Below are positions 26,263 through 39,754 of a stretch of 64,000 nucleotides of DNA, piece by piece (the first letter of the stretch is position 1; every line of letters begins with the position of its first letter). The notes under the pieces are model-generated. The model searched no databases, was not told where the DNA came from, and was given only the letters and a program-made list of their open reading frames with translations. The position numbers were made by a program, and so were the translations under genes. Source of the DNA: Octopus sinensis (Eukaryota); assembly GCF_006345805.1 (NCBI RefSeq), contig NC_042997.1, positions 109,244,001-109,308,000 on the forward strand, in the 5' to 3' direction.

Positions 26263-26472
26263 TAATGGTATTTCCCTTGATAATTCTGGAACAAATTATA
26301 AAAACAGCTCCAAAGTAACGTGGATAATTTTCAAATACTTTGTCCGTTACTCGATTCAATAAATACATACATAAATAAGGAAGATCTGTGCATACGTACA
26401 CGCGTGCGCGCACAGACACACATACATATAGATATTTAAACGCGTAATTTCACACATACACACACACACACA

Positions 26473-26512
<40 letters not shown>

Positions 26513-26877
26513 CACATTTTCGTGAAGTTAGATAGCAGATAAAAAAGATATGTGTTAGAGAGAGCACAACTTTGCTTCAGTAAAAACACGTGTCAATTGA
26601 AGAGATCTGCCAAGGAAAGTTAGACAAGGTTATCAAGAAGAAAAAAACAGGTGTTGACACTGACTTTCCTTGCATGAGACACGGTTCCGTGTTTGAAGAA
26701 TTTCTGATGCCTCACAGAAACTAACAGCTCTTCAAGATGCACCAGATGGTATTGAACCGAAACTGATGTAGTTTTAAGTACACTGCAAAGACCTCAAAAC
26801 CTAATCGGCTAAATAACAAACCTACGTCCTTATTTCCTTATTTCCAGTTAAATAACTGACTAGGTATTTATTATATG

Positions 26878-26923
<46 letters not shown>

Positions 26924-26924
26924 T

Positions 26925-27500
26925 GTAAAAATAATATGTGACAATTATTCGGTAGCCATGATGAAACTCCGAGTTTCGGATGTCGGGGCGGAAACCCACG
27001 CTGGCATCTCTTCAGCTATCGGTCCACCTTGAGCTTCAGGCACTGGGATAAAAGGAAAATGACCAAATTATCCAGTTATATAGAGTCCTTAAAAAATAAG
27101 GGTGTCAGTTACAACATCCATTGGAAGATCTTAGCCAAGTGCAAGCCCTACACCAACGGCAGTGGAAAGTGCAGTCTTTGTGATATGGAAACATGGCTCA
27201 TCTGGAAAAGCAGCTTAGACCCATCACATGTCTAAATTCAAGAACTGAACTTTTCGGGTCATGTCCATACGTGCCTAAATATTTGTTACGTTTTTGGTCC
27301 CCCTCCCCCAGATTACAGATAGGACTTGCTTTCCATATTGTGTCGACATACAAGCTTTTCATCTCTCTATACTTTTTACTTATATTTCTTATATAATTTT
27401 TGTAATTTTTTTGTTACATATTTATATAGATATTGGTTTATAGTTTAATTGCTCATATATTTTTTTACACATAATTTTTCTGCATTCTACCTTCCACCCT
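26925..27500 (+). mobile_element. Penelope-like fragment with an inverted 5' terminal piece
   Basis: 27029-27290 encodes TKLSSYI..LK....YNIHWKILAKCKPY...GKCSLC..E...N.RTELFGSC. The preceding ~100 bp carry a hammerhead on the opposite strand. Confidence 0.72.
26959..27021 (-). ncRNA. Partly decayed hammerhead motif
   Basis: CGATAG-CTGAAGA-GATG..CATC-C-GAAA-CTC-G-GAG-TT-TCATCA. Stem I pairs at only 4 of 6 positions. Confidence 0.5.
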
Positions 27501-27688
27501 ACATTTTTCCTATGCTCATATAGACGTGTATATGGAATTTTTTGCGCGCGCATGTGGATGTGTGCGTGTGTGCGGGTATGTGCGTATAGAGACGTGTGTG
27601 TGTGCGTGCATGCGAGTATGTACGTATATAGACGTGTTTTATTCTTATTGCCTATTTTTTAGACTTTTTCACACATTTTTTATCTATC

Positions 27689-27726
<38 letters not shown>

Positions 27727-27728
27727 AT

Positions 27729-27765
<37 letters not shown>

Positions 27766-27769
27766 TTCT

Positions 27770-27988
27770 TTACTGCCCACAAGGGGCTAAACATAGAGAG
27801 GACAAGCAAGGACAGACAAAGGGATTAAGTCGATTACATCGACTTCAGTGCGAAACTGGTACTTTATTTATCGACCCAGAAACGATGACAAGCAAAGTCG
27901 ACCTCGGCGGAATTTGAACTCAGAACGTAACGACAGACGAAATACTGCTAAGCATATCGCCCGGCGCGCTAACGTTTCTGCCAGCTCG

Positions 27989-27990
<2 letters not shown>
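27770..27990 (-). mobile_element. tRNA-derived SINE, second family
   Basis: Same head and body as 17450-17630, better preserved. Confidence 0.8.
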
Positions 27991-28020
<30 letters not shown>

Positions 28021-28024
<4 letters not shown>

Positions 28025-30310
28025 AGATCAATAAATGGTGGGGTTGTGTTGACCGCACGTGGAGAAATGATAAGTAAGGAAAAATTTTTTTAAAAATGCA
28101 GAATGCTCAAATGAAAGAAAATTTTAATAAATGAGAAAATGATAAAATATATAATATATATTTATTCAACCGGTTTTCGTCATTGTATGACTTGTCAAGA
28201 ATATTTATGTTTTAAGAAGTTATTTTAAAAATTAGAAAGGGGAAAAAAAGAAAATTGCATTGTTTTTTGTAAAAGAATAATGATAAAAATGTACAAAAAT
28301 TAAAAAATAAGTTCTCCGATACATTGTGAGTTCGTTGTGTATCTTGAGTTTTATGGTTGTTTACCAAAAAATTACCTTGAGGTGTTAAGATCCAAAGGGA
28401 TTAGAGCATGTGATGTGTTGTGTTGTTAAATTCAGCATGTTGCAGGACAGGAAGTAGTAGTAATTGTGGTCCTGGTTCTTCAGTTCCTGTGTTGTGGGTA
28501 AGGGGAGACAACTCTTTTGAGTTCTTCAATAAAACCCAAATTATAAAACTATCATTTTAGCTTCATTTGCATTATCTTTTTTATATAATTGCTTGTTAAC
28601 TTAACTTTCAGATTTTAACACTTTATTTATATTATTTTCTAATAATATAAATCTGCATAGACAATTGCATTTCAAATTGTCATATCATTTATAATAAAAA
28701 TGATAGTAATAACAACAATAGTAAAAATGATATTTAAAGAATATAAGTTTTAGCTTGAAGTGATGAATGCATGGTATCTTTATATATTTGTGTTAGTCCA
28801 TCCATGAAGAGTGAGGTAGAGAAAGGAAGTTTGATCAACGAGGAGTTTGCATATTAAGTTGTGTTTGGAATTTTTCAATAAAGAGATTCTCCTTGTTAAT
28901 TCTCTCCTGTGTGGTGATCCCGTCTTTACATTGGTAGAAGGGGAATATATAGAATTTGGGGTTTAAGTCTTTAGCACATGAGTCTAAGTGGTCACTCAGT
29001 GGAATTTGTCGGTATTCCGGAGATTTATTTGTTCTTTATGCACCGTTACTCGTTTACGTAACGGGAGACTCGTTTGTCCAACATAATTATGTTGGCAACC
29101 AGCGCATGTGAGAACGTAGATAAGGTTCTCGGAGGAACAGGAGAAGTTAGTCTTGATTTTAAACTTCGTACCTTGTTTGAAGGTAAATTCAGAGCCTTCA
29201 AGTAGAAAGGGGCAGGTACCACAGTTTGAGCGTGCACATTTTTTTACTGTTGGGGGTGGATGTGGTGTGTGAAGTTTGGCGTTTGTCAAGAGTTTTTTTT
29301 AAGATTTGTGTTGCCTTTTGCATTTGAGGATTTTGTGTGTATTTATAATGTTTTTCATTTTTGGGTCTGTTGACAGTAGACTGAGGTTTTGTATGATTGT
29401 GGTGTATGCTTCGATATTTTTGGGGTTGTGGGTGGAAATGTATGGAAGTATTTTGAGGTTGTGTGTGGTGTTAGGTTGGGTGGTTTTCAGTGTAGTGTTG
29501 TCTAGTTCTTTGGCGCGTTTTATTCCATACTCTATAAGGGTGGAGGGATATTGACGTTGTAATAGTGTTTTTTTGAGGTCTTGAAGGCGTATTTCTCGTG
29601 TTTTTGGATCCGAGACAATGGTGCATACCCTTTTAGCTAAATTGAAAGGGATATTTGTCTTGGTGTGTTTTGGGTGGCATGAACTAAAGAGGAGGTATTG
29701 TTGTGAGTCTGTAGGTTTGTGGTAGATGTCTGTTATGATTTGGTTCTTAGGTGTTTTTATAATTAGGAGATCAAGGAATGGGAGATGATGTTTGCTTAAT
29801 TCCATAGTGAATGGATGTTGGGATGTATGTTGTTTAGTATGGTTTTGAATTCCAGGAGTTTTTCATAAGGTTCTTTCCATATGATGAAACAATCATCTAA
29901 ATACCTTTTCCAGTTTTCCATTAGGTAAGTGTGGAAAACATGTCCAAATTTCTGGCTTGATATTTCATAGAGTGACAGTTCGAAGTAACCCATTATGAGG
30001 TTCGCAAGGACTGGTGCAGCCTTGGTACCCATCGCAATGCCACATTTTTGACGGTAGTGTGTGTCGTCGAAGAGAAAAAAATTGTTTGTCAGAATGAACT
30101 TAAGAGATTCTGTAATAAAAGACTTGTTAATGCGGTCAGGGAATGTCTCTGGGTGTTTTTCTAGCCAGAAGTCATTGCCTCTATACCATACTCGTGTGGA
30201 ATGTTGGTGTAGAGGTTGATGACATCAAAGGATACCAGGAGTGCCTCCTCGTTCACTGTTTTCGGGAGGTGTTTGAGCATGTCCAGATCATCCCTAATGA
30301 AACTAAGTGA
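28021..30310 (-). mobile_element. 5'-truncated Penelope-like element (Neptune-type), RT plus GIY-YIG, frameshifted
   Basis: SFDVINLYTNIP, GIAMGTKAAP, RYLDD, LPFLDL, YHKPTD..YL.FSSCHP, CARSNCGTC, and C.SENLIY..TC.GC...YVGQT...R...H. Coding ends near 28833, followed by an AT-rich UTR with a hammerhead and then (TA)n. Confidence 0.9.
28163..28203 (-). ncRNA. Hammerhead motif, U3-A8 variant
   Basis: TATTC-TTGACAA-GTCA-TACAA-TGAC-GAAA-(extra A)-CCGG-TT-GAATA, sense to the PLE in its 3' UTR. Confidence 0.6.
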
Positions 30311-30439
30311 ACAAACGAAAAAAGGACAGTCAACCAATTTATTGGAAATTGCATGACTGGTTCAAAACAGTTTGATTCAAATTTGTTGATACTCTTGAGT
30401 TTGAAATGCGATGCTAGTCGTCAGCCATTTCTTACTATA

Positions 30440-30740
30440 TTATTCATTTATTCGGTTCCATTGTGCTTTGTGATACTTAAGGTTACAGCAAGATCTTTCC
30501 ACCTTCTAACACTGAAAGCGTTCTTGACAGCTTGCTCCATTGTTAACCCTCTGCTTTTCAGATCTTTTGTTATTGTTTTGCGCGACGTTTCCTTTGGTCG
30601 ACCATCACCTTCTTTTACCTTGTGGATCCTGGCAACTGAGTTCGGTTTATAGCGACGAACTCGACCCAGCCATTTTCCTCTCCTTGCTGAAATAGTTTCT
30701 GCTATTGGTTTCACGTTAGCCTTGGCTGTTCGAGATCATA
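30440..30740 (-). mobile_element. RTE-clade LINE 3' fragment
   Basis: RGKWLGRVRR....GRPKETSRKTITKDL...A..VRRW, a typical RTE C-terminus. Confidence 0.7.
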
Positions 30741-30916
30741 TGCAGCCTGTAGACCTTCAAAATTTGATATTGATTGCTTGGTTGAAAGAACGGACGACTC
30801 TTAATTGTGTTTGTGTTTGTACGCGTGTGTCTATGCGTGCGTACTTCTGTATATAAAGTCACATTTCCATCTTTACTTACACATTTCCATCTTTACTTAC
30901 GCTATACTTACGCATA

Positions 30917-31320
30917 GGCGCAGGAGTGGCTGTGTGGTAAGTAGCTTGCTTACGAACCACATGATTCCGGGTTCATTCCCACTGCGTGGCATCTTGGGCA
31001 AGTGTCTTCTACTATAGCTTCGGGCCGACCAAAGCCTTGTGAGTGGATTTAGTAGACGGAAACTGAAAGAAGCCCGTCGTATATATATATATATGTATGC
31101 GTGTGTGTATTTATGTGTTTGTGTTTGTCCCCCAATATCGCTTGACAACTGATGGTGGTGTGTTTACGTACCCGTAACTTAGCGGTTCGGCAAAAGAGCC
31201 CAATAGAATAAGGGCTAGGCTTACAAAGTATAAGTCCAGAGGTCGATTTGCTCGACTAAAAGGCGGTGCTCCAGCATGGCCACAGTCAAATGACTGAAAC
31301 AAATAAAAGGGTAAAAGGGT
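30917..31320 (+). mobile_element. tRNA-derived SINE (full length, reference copy)
   Basis: Head GGCGCAGGAGTGGCTGTGTGG..GGGTTCATTCCC, internal (TA)n, and tail (AAAAGGGT)n. Confidence 0.9.
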
Positions 31321-31350
31321 TATCCAAACGCGCGCACGCGTTGTGTGTGT

Positions 31351-31392
<42 letters not shown>

Positions 31393-33239
31393 AGAGAGAG
31401 ATGGGAGGGAGAGAGGCAGGTATAAACTCTATGAGCGATACTGATTAATAATACAAATAACGACAACAGCAATATACCTGGGATGATCTTTCAGTCGCCT
31501 TTTCATGTCAGCTTTTGACAAGAGTTGGTTTGCATGGATGACTGGCAACTAGAACTGAATAACTTGGCTAATTTGTCCTCAATACAAAAAAAAAACTATG
31601 TATTGTATATAAGTCAGGTTAATCAATGTCTAAATTTGTGTTCAAACGATTACAAATTTTGCGAAGACGGTAGCAGTCATTCAATCTTCAATTATGGAAA
31701 CAGCTGTGTTGCATTGACGTTATCAAGATTTTCGGTAAGCAACGTCTTGGCGATCATATCTCGCCCACAAATCTACATTATATCAAAGACGAAATATAAT
31801 TAAAATAAGATGAAAAAAAAAAAAAACACCAAAGATCTTCGATGCTGAATGTGTCAGATATCAGACGAGGTGAAATGTTCTTAATAAACTCAATATGATG
31901 TGAGTGTATTTTGATTAAAACAAGCTGCTTTGGAACAGATAAGAAGCCAGCTTATAATGAATGTATAACCTGGCATTGTAAAGTAAGACAGCAACGATAA
32001 TCTCAATGAATTTTAGAAAGACAAATTGAAGGGAAAAGTTCGGCTTTGAATGTCTGTTAATTAGCTTTGAGAATGGTTAGAAATAGTCTCGAAAATTATA
32101 CGAGGCATCGTTCTTTCTTATAAGCAAAATATTGGAGTCCATTTATAAATTCTGACCTACACATTCCACTTACTGCTGAAGGTTTTGTTTTAATTGAGAG
32201 GATTTTGATAATGTTTAAATACAAGTCGTAATGGTGAAATTTCAAGAACAGTTACTTATGCTATGAAAAAAACCAAAAGAAAATATGGCTTGAGTCCGGG
32301 ATTTGTAGACGAATAAACTATGATCACCATGAACAATGGATTGAAATGCTAAACCATATTTAGATGGCAGAGGATGTTATAACTTATTAACTCAGGGAGT
32401 CATCCGTTACTTTCGAAATCATTTCTTCATTTAGTTTTGTATAAATGCTTTGGTTCGTTTTTACTCTCTTTCTTTCTCTCCCCTCTCTCCTTTTCTCTCT
32501 CTCTCCCCCTCTCTCCATATCGATATCAACACAACCTGCACATTCACACACACATACGCAAGCACAATCTTATGCCCAGAGTTGTTTGGTGTATTCGATA
32601 TATTTTATACAGAGCAAATATTAAATGATATACAACAATATCTTGAGTTAAGCCGATAGATATTTCTTTCGCTTATACTGGTTTCAGCCACAGCTTGTGG
32701 CCCTATTGGAGCATTGCCTTAAAACTGAGAGGCTGTCAGAGTTTTTCCATTGGTTGTTGGCCTGTTCGCGACAGTCGTGAAAAGCCCAAGCAAGAGGAAA
32801 CTGGCAACTTTTAATGTAATAAACATTATACATAGAAGCACACATATCTGTGTGTGTGTACGTGTGTGTGCGTGTATGTGCGTGTGTGTGTGTGAGTGTA
32901 ATCTCTCTTCTACACGCTTGCTTGATGGAGCTGAGGTTATCCCAGATTTGTCATCGTACAAGAATTGATCAGTTCCACCAGTGCCCACCCCCCCATCACC
33001 GGCGATCCCATGCCAGTCCTTCTGCATCCATCAAAATGTCAGGGGGTATGTACAGGTCTTCTGGGACGGCGAGTGGAGAGGAGCAATTTGGTTTCTTCTG
33101 GTAAGTGCCGTAACAGATCGAGGGTTCTTCTGGACAAGTTGTCAGGTTGTTTGCCCTCCGTACACTGTAGATGGGGCTTCCATCTTGGCGACTATGAAAT
33201 TTTGTAAAACAAAATGACACAGACTTTTGCAAAGTATTG

Positions 33240-33486
33240 TGTATTTTGTTGTCAAGCGATGTTGGGGGGACAAACACAGACACACAAACACACACACATA
33301 CATATATATATATACATATATACGACAGGCTTCTTTCAGTATCCGTCTACCAAATCCACTCACAAGGCAATGGTCGGCCCGGGGCTATAGCAGAAGACAC
33401 TTGCCCAAGATGCCACGCAGTGGGACTGAACCCGGAACCATGTGGTTGGTTAGCAAGCTACTTACCACACAGCCACTCCTGCGCCT
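33240..33486 (-). mobile_element. tRNA-derived SINE 5' half
   Basis: Reverse complement of 30917-31145. Confidence 0.85.
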
Positions 33487-33665
33487 ATTGGTCATTTTGT
33501 ACGTTCAAAAGTGTTTATTGTTAAATATTTTGTGTTTAAAAGTTGTCAACAACATCCACTGCAAACCTTGACTAATATCTACACAAAATTTCGCCCTTTG
33601 TGGGCAAAATTAAAAAAAATTCTCGTAGACTTCGTGTTGTATTTTAGCCATTTTTATTTTCAAAA

Positions 33666-35857
33666 ATGGCTACTGGTCACCACGAGGCTGAGGCGCAACT
33701 GAAGCGTGACGCCAAAACAAAAAAAACAGGATCCCCTGTCACCATCCGTTGGACTTGACTGTGTGAACACTACTTACACCGCCACCATCAGCATTGACAA
33801 CAGCAACAACTACAAAACAAAGGTCGCGAGGCCAAGCACCGTCGCCGCCACCAATGATTCCACCGTCAACACCGACACCACGACCATGGCAGCTTCTGCT
33901 ACTACAACTGCTACCTCTGCTAACGACACCACTACCATCAACAATAACAATACCAAGATCACCATCACCGCCACCAAAGACCGTGCCGTCAACACCAATG
34001 CCGCCACTACAATATCTGCTACTACGACTCCCTCCCTTGCTACTAATACCACCGCCGCCACCAAGAACGACAATAACAACAACAACAACAATTCTCTTCA
34101 GCCATTGTTCCCTCCATCACCAACACGTGAAGGAGAGAAAGAAATAACCGCGACCATCAAACCAGTTGCCGAAATTTGCGCTAACGCAGAGGCAAATTAT
34201 GCAGACAATTTTCCACCCCTTGCTAGTGACATAATCAGCAACCACAAACCTAATATACCCACAAACCACACCCCTGCCATCAACACCAACACCACCAGCA
34301 GTAACAACAATAACAAAACAACAACAAACTTCGCCGAGGCGATAAAAGAAAAAAAAACAATAGTATCGTTTACTGCACAGCAGATAAAAGACTCCAGAGC
34401 CCTAATCACCAAAGAAAACGGCAAAGTACAATTACACATGTGTTGTGGTAAGTACAATTACACATACCACAACACATACTGAATGAGGAAAGAAAGAAAA
34501 CGATTATTTATAAAATAACAAACAACACAATTAAAAGTCCAGAAAAAGCGGCACAGACAAAATAGAAAAATGCCTACGTCCCATCTGGGAATACAAGGAG
34601 TATGTGACTCGGTCGAACAAGTTTGCCCACGTACAGGTGGTTTTTCAGAATGAAGAGGTGGCAAAGCAATTCTCAACGCTAACTCTTCATTCAGATGAGC
34701 TAACAATGACACCCATTACCTTGGCCAGGGGGTGAAAAAGGTCATTATCAATAATGTCCCGCAAATAACAAACACACTATGGATAACATCCGCCATATGC
34801 GTCGAAATGGAGGACATAAACATCCTGGAAATCACTGTTTCGAAACACAAGGACTGGGTGGGAAAGAGACTGGAGATTCTCTTCCACATAAGCCAAGACG
34901 ACATTAACAAAATTCCCACCCACGTACATCTTGCGGATGACCGCAAGTTGTATGTAGTAGTCGAGGGCAGAAGGCCACGCTGCTATACATGCGGCAGTGA
35001 AACACACCTCAAAAAGGAGTGCAAATCTGCCGCAAAACAACGACAACAACAACAACAGCCACAGGAAAAACCACAAAAGCCAGCATTATTGCCCACACCA
35101 CAGTATGGACGACTAATCAAGAAACTATATGCAGAAATGCATGAAAAGCAACAAAGAACGGACCAACCCAACCAAACAATACCACCACCTGCGCCAAGAA
35201 CAGAATCATCACCACCAACAACAACCAAACCAATTCCAACACCGAGAACAACAACGAAGAAGACAAGCACCAAGGATGTAGGAGAGACAATCACCACACC
35301 AAACCCCCCAGCAACCCCCCCACCACACACCACAACAATATCTACAACCGCACAAACAGACCCAGATGCTTTGCTTTGCCCTTACCCCCTTCTGATTCGT
35401 CAGACTTTTCATCTAACGATGAAAGTTCGACAGAATGGCAAATAGCCACCGGGGGTAAAAGAAAAAGATAAAAAAAAACAAACAAGAAAACGCAACTAAA
35501 GCAGGGAGATATCTGAACCCTGAAAGCTCCATACACAACCAAACAAGCACCAACACCACAAAAACACACACAATGGTATCAGCGATAGACACCAAAGACT
35601 CCAAACTAATGGAGTACATCACAGCCCACACAAACATCTGTGAAGATGACTTCAAAACTAAAAACCATCCACGCACTACACCACCCAAACATATCAAAGT
35701 ACTACACATCACACAAACACAACACCACACACTCAAAGCCCTCTTTCCAAATGCGGTTGGGGGGTTCCAAAAATACCTGTCACAAAAACTCTATAAAAAC
35801 CTCCTCCAAGATACATCAGAGGACGAGGAAGCCAAAACTTTCGACACAAGTAAGTAA
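33666..35857 (+). pseudogene. Tx1 ORF1 (Thr/Asn-rich N-terminus, zinc knuckle), frameshifted
   Basis: ATG at 33666, with ORF-track pieces 33706-34482, 34732-35445 (CYTCGSETHLKKEC) and 35573-35857. Confidence 0.7.
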
Positions 35858-35907
35858 CTCTCTGTACCTTCCTTTTTGTGTTTTAAAGCACACACCCCAA
35901 TAGAATC

Positions 35908-38900
35908 ATGGTCAAGATTGGTTGTGTGAATGCGCGTGGCTTGGGGTCTCCTTGGAAACAAGGATACTCCTAAATGACATCAAGTCACACGATTTGGGAA
36001 TCATAGCCATAAGTGAGACCAGACTCCACGAGCCACGGGCTCTAAAGACCATGTTTGGCGGACAGTTTAACATTTATTTTGCTCCCTGTCTGCCGAGGAT
36101 GGGCGGTAGTGGCACCGCGGTACTTTTTCACAAGAGCCTGGATCTCGAAGTCAAGACGATATTCGTAGACCCAGGGGTAGACTGGTCGTTCTGGATGTCG
36201 ACGGCAGCAATGGGTGCGCTTTTCGACTCGTATCAGTCTACGCACTGCCTTTAACAGGTCGGCCGGATTTCCTTCGACGTCTAGAAGTATTCCTGGGAAC
36301 GTCTCGCCCTTTACTTTTAGTGGGGGATTGGAATGCTACCTTGGACACGCATCTAGACTATGTGGGGAGAGACAAAAACAGAAGGGGATGCAAATGCCTC
36401 AGAGACCTGCTCAGACGATTCCAACTGTCTGACGGGTACCGACTCGACCACCCAAATGCACCAACGTAGACATAGAGCAACCGCAGTGGGTCGTCGAGAT
36501 CGTATCTAGATAGGATAACTTAGGATGTCCACAATTCCACACAGTCAGCTACACGGATCACAAATTCGTGGCGTGTACGCTAGACTTAGATAAGGCACAT
36601 ATACAGGCTCCTGGTTACTGGAAACTGAACGCATCTTTCCCGTCCAGACAGGTTTTCAGAGACAGAATTAACACGTTACTAAAAAGGGCTTTAACGGGAG
36701 CCATTGTCAACAACAAATGGTGGTTCGCCCTCAAGAGAGCAGTAAAAGCGGAAGCAATTAGATATAGCAAGGCACTAGCCGTAGATAGAAATAGAGTGGA
36801 GGGTGAGTTAGTTAAGAAGTTAGAAGAGGCAATAAGAAGCGGCATCACATCCGACGTTTTAGCGGCGAGGTTGGCCCTTGACCAACACTTCAACGCCAAA
36901 CACGAAGGGTGTGCTGTCAGGGCTAGGATGCGTGCTCTAAGGATGGAAGGTGTTGGAGCCGCGAGGGAGGCCCGGGTGGCGGAAGCGCAGCAGGGCAACA
37001 AAGCCACCATTCGGTTTCTGGTAGATGAACAAGGGCGCGAATTGCTCGAGCCCAGCAAGATGTGCGAGATATTTCAGCGGCACTTTGCCCGACTGTTCGG
37101 GACGAGTGGCGAGCGTGAACGCAGGGTGGACTTCAGTGCCTACCTGCACAGCCTACCACGACTCTCGGCAAGAGAGGCAGGGTACTGCGAAGGTGCCATC
37201 ACGGCGGCGGATGTGCGGGACGCGATGGCAGAATGCTCGAGAGACAAATCGCCGGGTTTGGATGGTCTGCCCTACGAGTTTTACAATTGTATGCCAGACT
37301 TGTTTGGAGACGTCTTGGCAGCGGTATACTGTAACTGGCAGCAAAATGGGAGCATCCCCGGTTTTGTGAGTCGAGGAGCCGTAACGCTGCTGAAGAAAGA
37401 TCCAAACAAGGGGAACATTATAGATAACTTTAGACCAATCACTCTGCTCAATGCAGACCTGAAAATTTTGACCAAGGTGTTAGCCAAGAGGTTGGCGCTT
37501 GTCATCGAGAAACTGGTCGACAAGGCACAAACGTGCGCCGTGCCGGGCCGGAGCATCCATGACAACCTCCATCTGATGCGCTACATCATAGGCAGAGTAG
37601 TTAAGGAACCTGGCATGGGTGGGGCCCTGATCAACTTGGATCAATCGAAAGCCTTCGATAGGGTAGACCATCGATACTTGAAGGCAGTCTTGAGAGCGGC
37701 TGGTTTCGGTCCCGTCTTCCGCGGCTGGATAGGCGCTTTGTACAGAGGCATCTGTTCGGTAATTCGCGCAAATGGATATTTATCGAGACCTTTCGACATT
37801 GCACGTTCGGTCCGTCAGGGATGCCCCCTCTCGGCGCTTCTATACGTATTGACTCTCGAGCCACTACTGCGGAAGCTGGCGACTCTGAGGGGCATCCCGC
37901 GAGAATTGGGATGCGAGACGAGCGTGTCTGCATACGCGGACGACGTCACCGTCATAGTGTCAAGCTACGAGCACTTCGAGCAGGTCGGCGAGACATTGAA
38001 AGACTGCGGAGCGGTGACAGGAGCAAAAATCAACTGGGAAACGTCAGTGGGCTTGCGGCTCGGCATCTGGAGAAGCAAGCCCATGCCGTCCACCAGTACC
38101 TCCGTCGTGGGACGCTAGACGGACGGCCCGGTTGAGTTGCTCGGGGTCTGGTTCGGTCCGGACCTCCAAATGGAGAAGAACTGGAACGAGATAACGAGTA
38201 GAGTGGTCACTCTCGCCCGGCAATGGGCCGAGAGGAAACTGTCCCTGAAAGGTCGGGCGGAGGTGGCGAACACGTACATCGCGTCCATCATCTACTACCG
38301 CCTGACCGTCGTACTTTGTCCCGATCCTAACACCACCAAACTAGAACGCATTCTCTTCCGCTACTTGTGGAAAGGATGCGTCCCGATGGTCAGGCGATCC
38401 ATTTGCTGTCAACACCTGTTTAATGGAGGGCTGGGCATGCCGTGGTTGATGATGCGCAGACACGCGATGAGACTGCGACATCTCCGGCTCTATGTAGATG
38501 ACGGTGAACAGGTGTGGTCGCCGTCTGTGAGGCACGCGTTCCCGCAGCTCGTCTCCATGACCGAACTGCAGTCGTGGATCAAAAAGAGGCCGAGGAAGGG
38601 CGAATGGCACCGCGAGTGTCACGTTGCTCTCAAGCAACTCTGCCGTCCCGGGTCGACCTTGAGTGACTTCAACACAACCAAAGCATTCTATAGGGGATTA
38701 GTGGAGGGGAGGTACGACGACGATCTTGGGGCAAACCTGGGCGTCGACGAGGAATACCTGACCCGCCTGTTTGAAACGACTTTCGGGCCGGGACCTATGG
38801 ACAACTTCCAGAGATCCCTGGCCAGGCAGTGCTACCGAGAAGCGCTACCCGTTCGGGATAAGCTCTATAGGCATGGCTCGAGAAACACGGGGCCGACCTG

Positions 38901-39318
38901 CCCGAGATGCGGGAAGATCGACGAAACCGTTCTGCACGCAATCGTGCAGTGTCCAACAATCTCCGACCAGAGGGCTTATGTCGGACGACTGCTGTCACGT
39001 GTGGGACGTGTCGGTTTATCACCCGAGTCTATCGTTAATATCGTCACGCCACCTTCCTTCAAACGGGAAGGAAGAGCTATTTTCATCATCCTTGTGGCTA
39101 TGACGAAAGAATGTATCTGGTGGACGCCCCTGAAAGGATTAGAGACAAACACTTTCCTCTCTGGTCAATCTCTCATCAACTTCTTCAAGTATCACTTGAA
39201 GAGGAAAGTGAGAGTAGAGAGGAAAGTGTTGTCTCGTGAATGTTTTAAAAAAAGATGGGTGAATGTAGCAAGGATGGCACGTATGAATGACGAAGCCACC
39301 TTGACTATGATCCTATGA
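35908..39318 (+). pseudogene. Tx1 ORF2 (AP endonuclease, reverse transcriptase, zinc finger)
   Basis: MVKIGCVNARGL, IAISETRL, GDWNATLD, TDHKFV, KSPGLDGLPYEFY, DQSKAFDRVDH, RQGCPLS, AYADD, CPRCGKIDETVLHAIVQC. The APE region is frameshifted and there is a TAG at 38116. Confidence 0.92.
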
Positions 39319-39665
39319 ACCGTAAAAATTAAGACAGAGTGTTGCTTATTTGTAAAAAAATATAACATGTGACTTCATTGACCGAGGTTACCGTGGTCTT
39401 TTCCGTAGGCTTTTCTTTCCACGGGTAAACCTCACCTGTCCTCCCCTTTACACTTTATATTGACATTTCTGTGATACCGATCCCTATTGAGCAATTTTTT
39501 TCCCTTTCCCTTTCTTTTCATTTCCCCATTTTTTTTGTCCTCTTTCTTCCCTTTTACGATCCCTTTTGATCGAAAACCAAATCCCCTTTTTTACCCCCAA
39601 AAGAAAAGCCCTATCTTGTAATTTATCCTGTCTGTGTGCATCCCTGTGTGGCTAATAAAGAAACA

Positions 39666-39754
<89 letters not shown>

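Larger units (their letters stand above)
33560..39665 (+). mobile_element. Near-full-length Tx1/L1-clade LINE
   Basis: ORF1 with a CCHC knuckle, ORF2 with APE, RT and C-terminal CCHC, then a 3' UTR ending AATAAAGAAACAT and (ATCT)n at 39666-39755. The 5' boundary is approximate. Confidence 0.9.

Noticed and set aside
15240-38120. In-frame stops at almost the same ORF2 position in two Tx1 copies (15245 and 38118), suggesting programmed readthrough
   Set aside because: The stops hit different codons (GGA to TGA versus TGG to TAG), and the third copy (~57420) is open there, so they are independent decay mutations.
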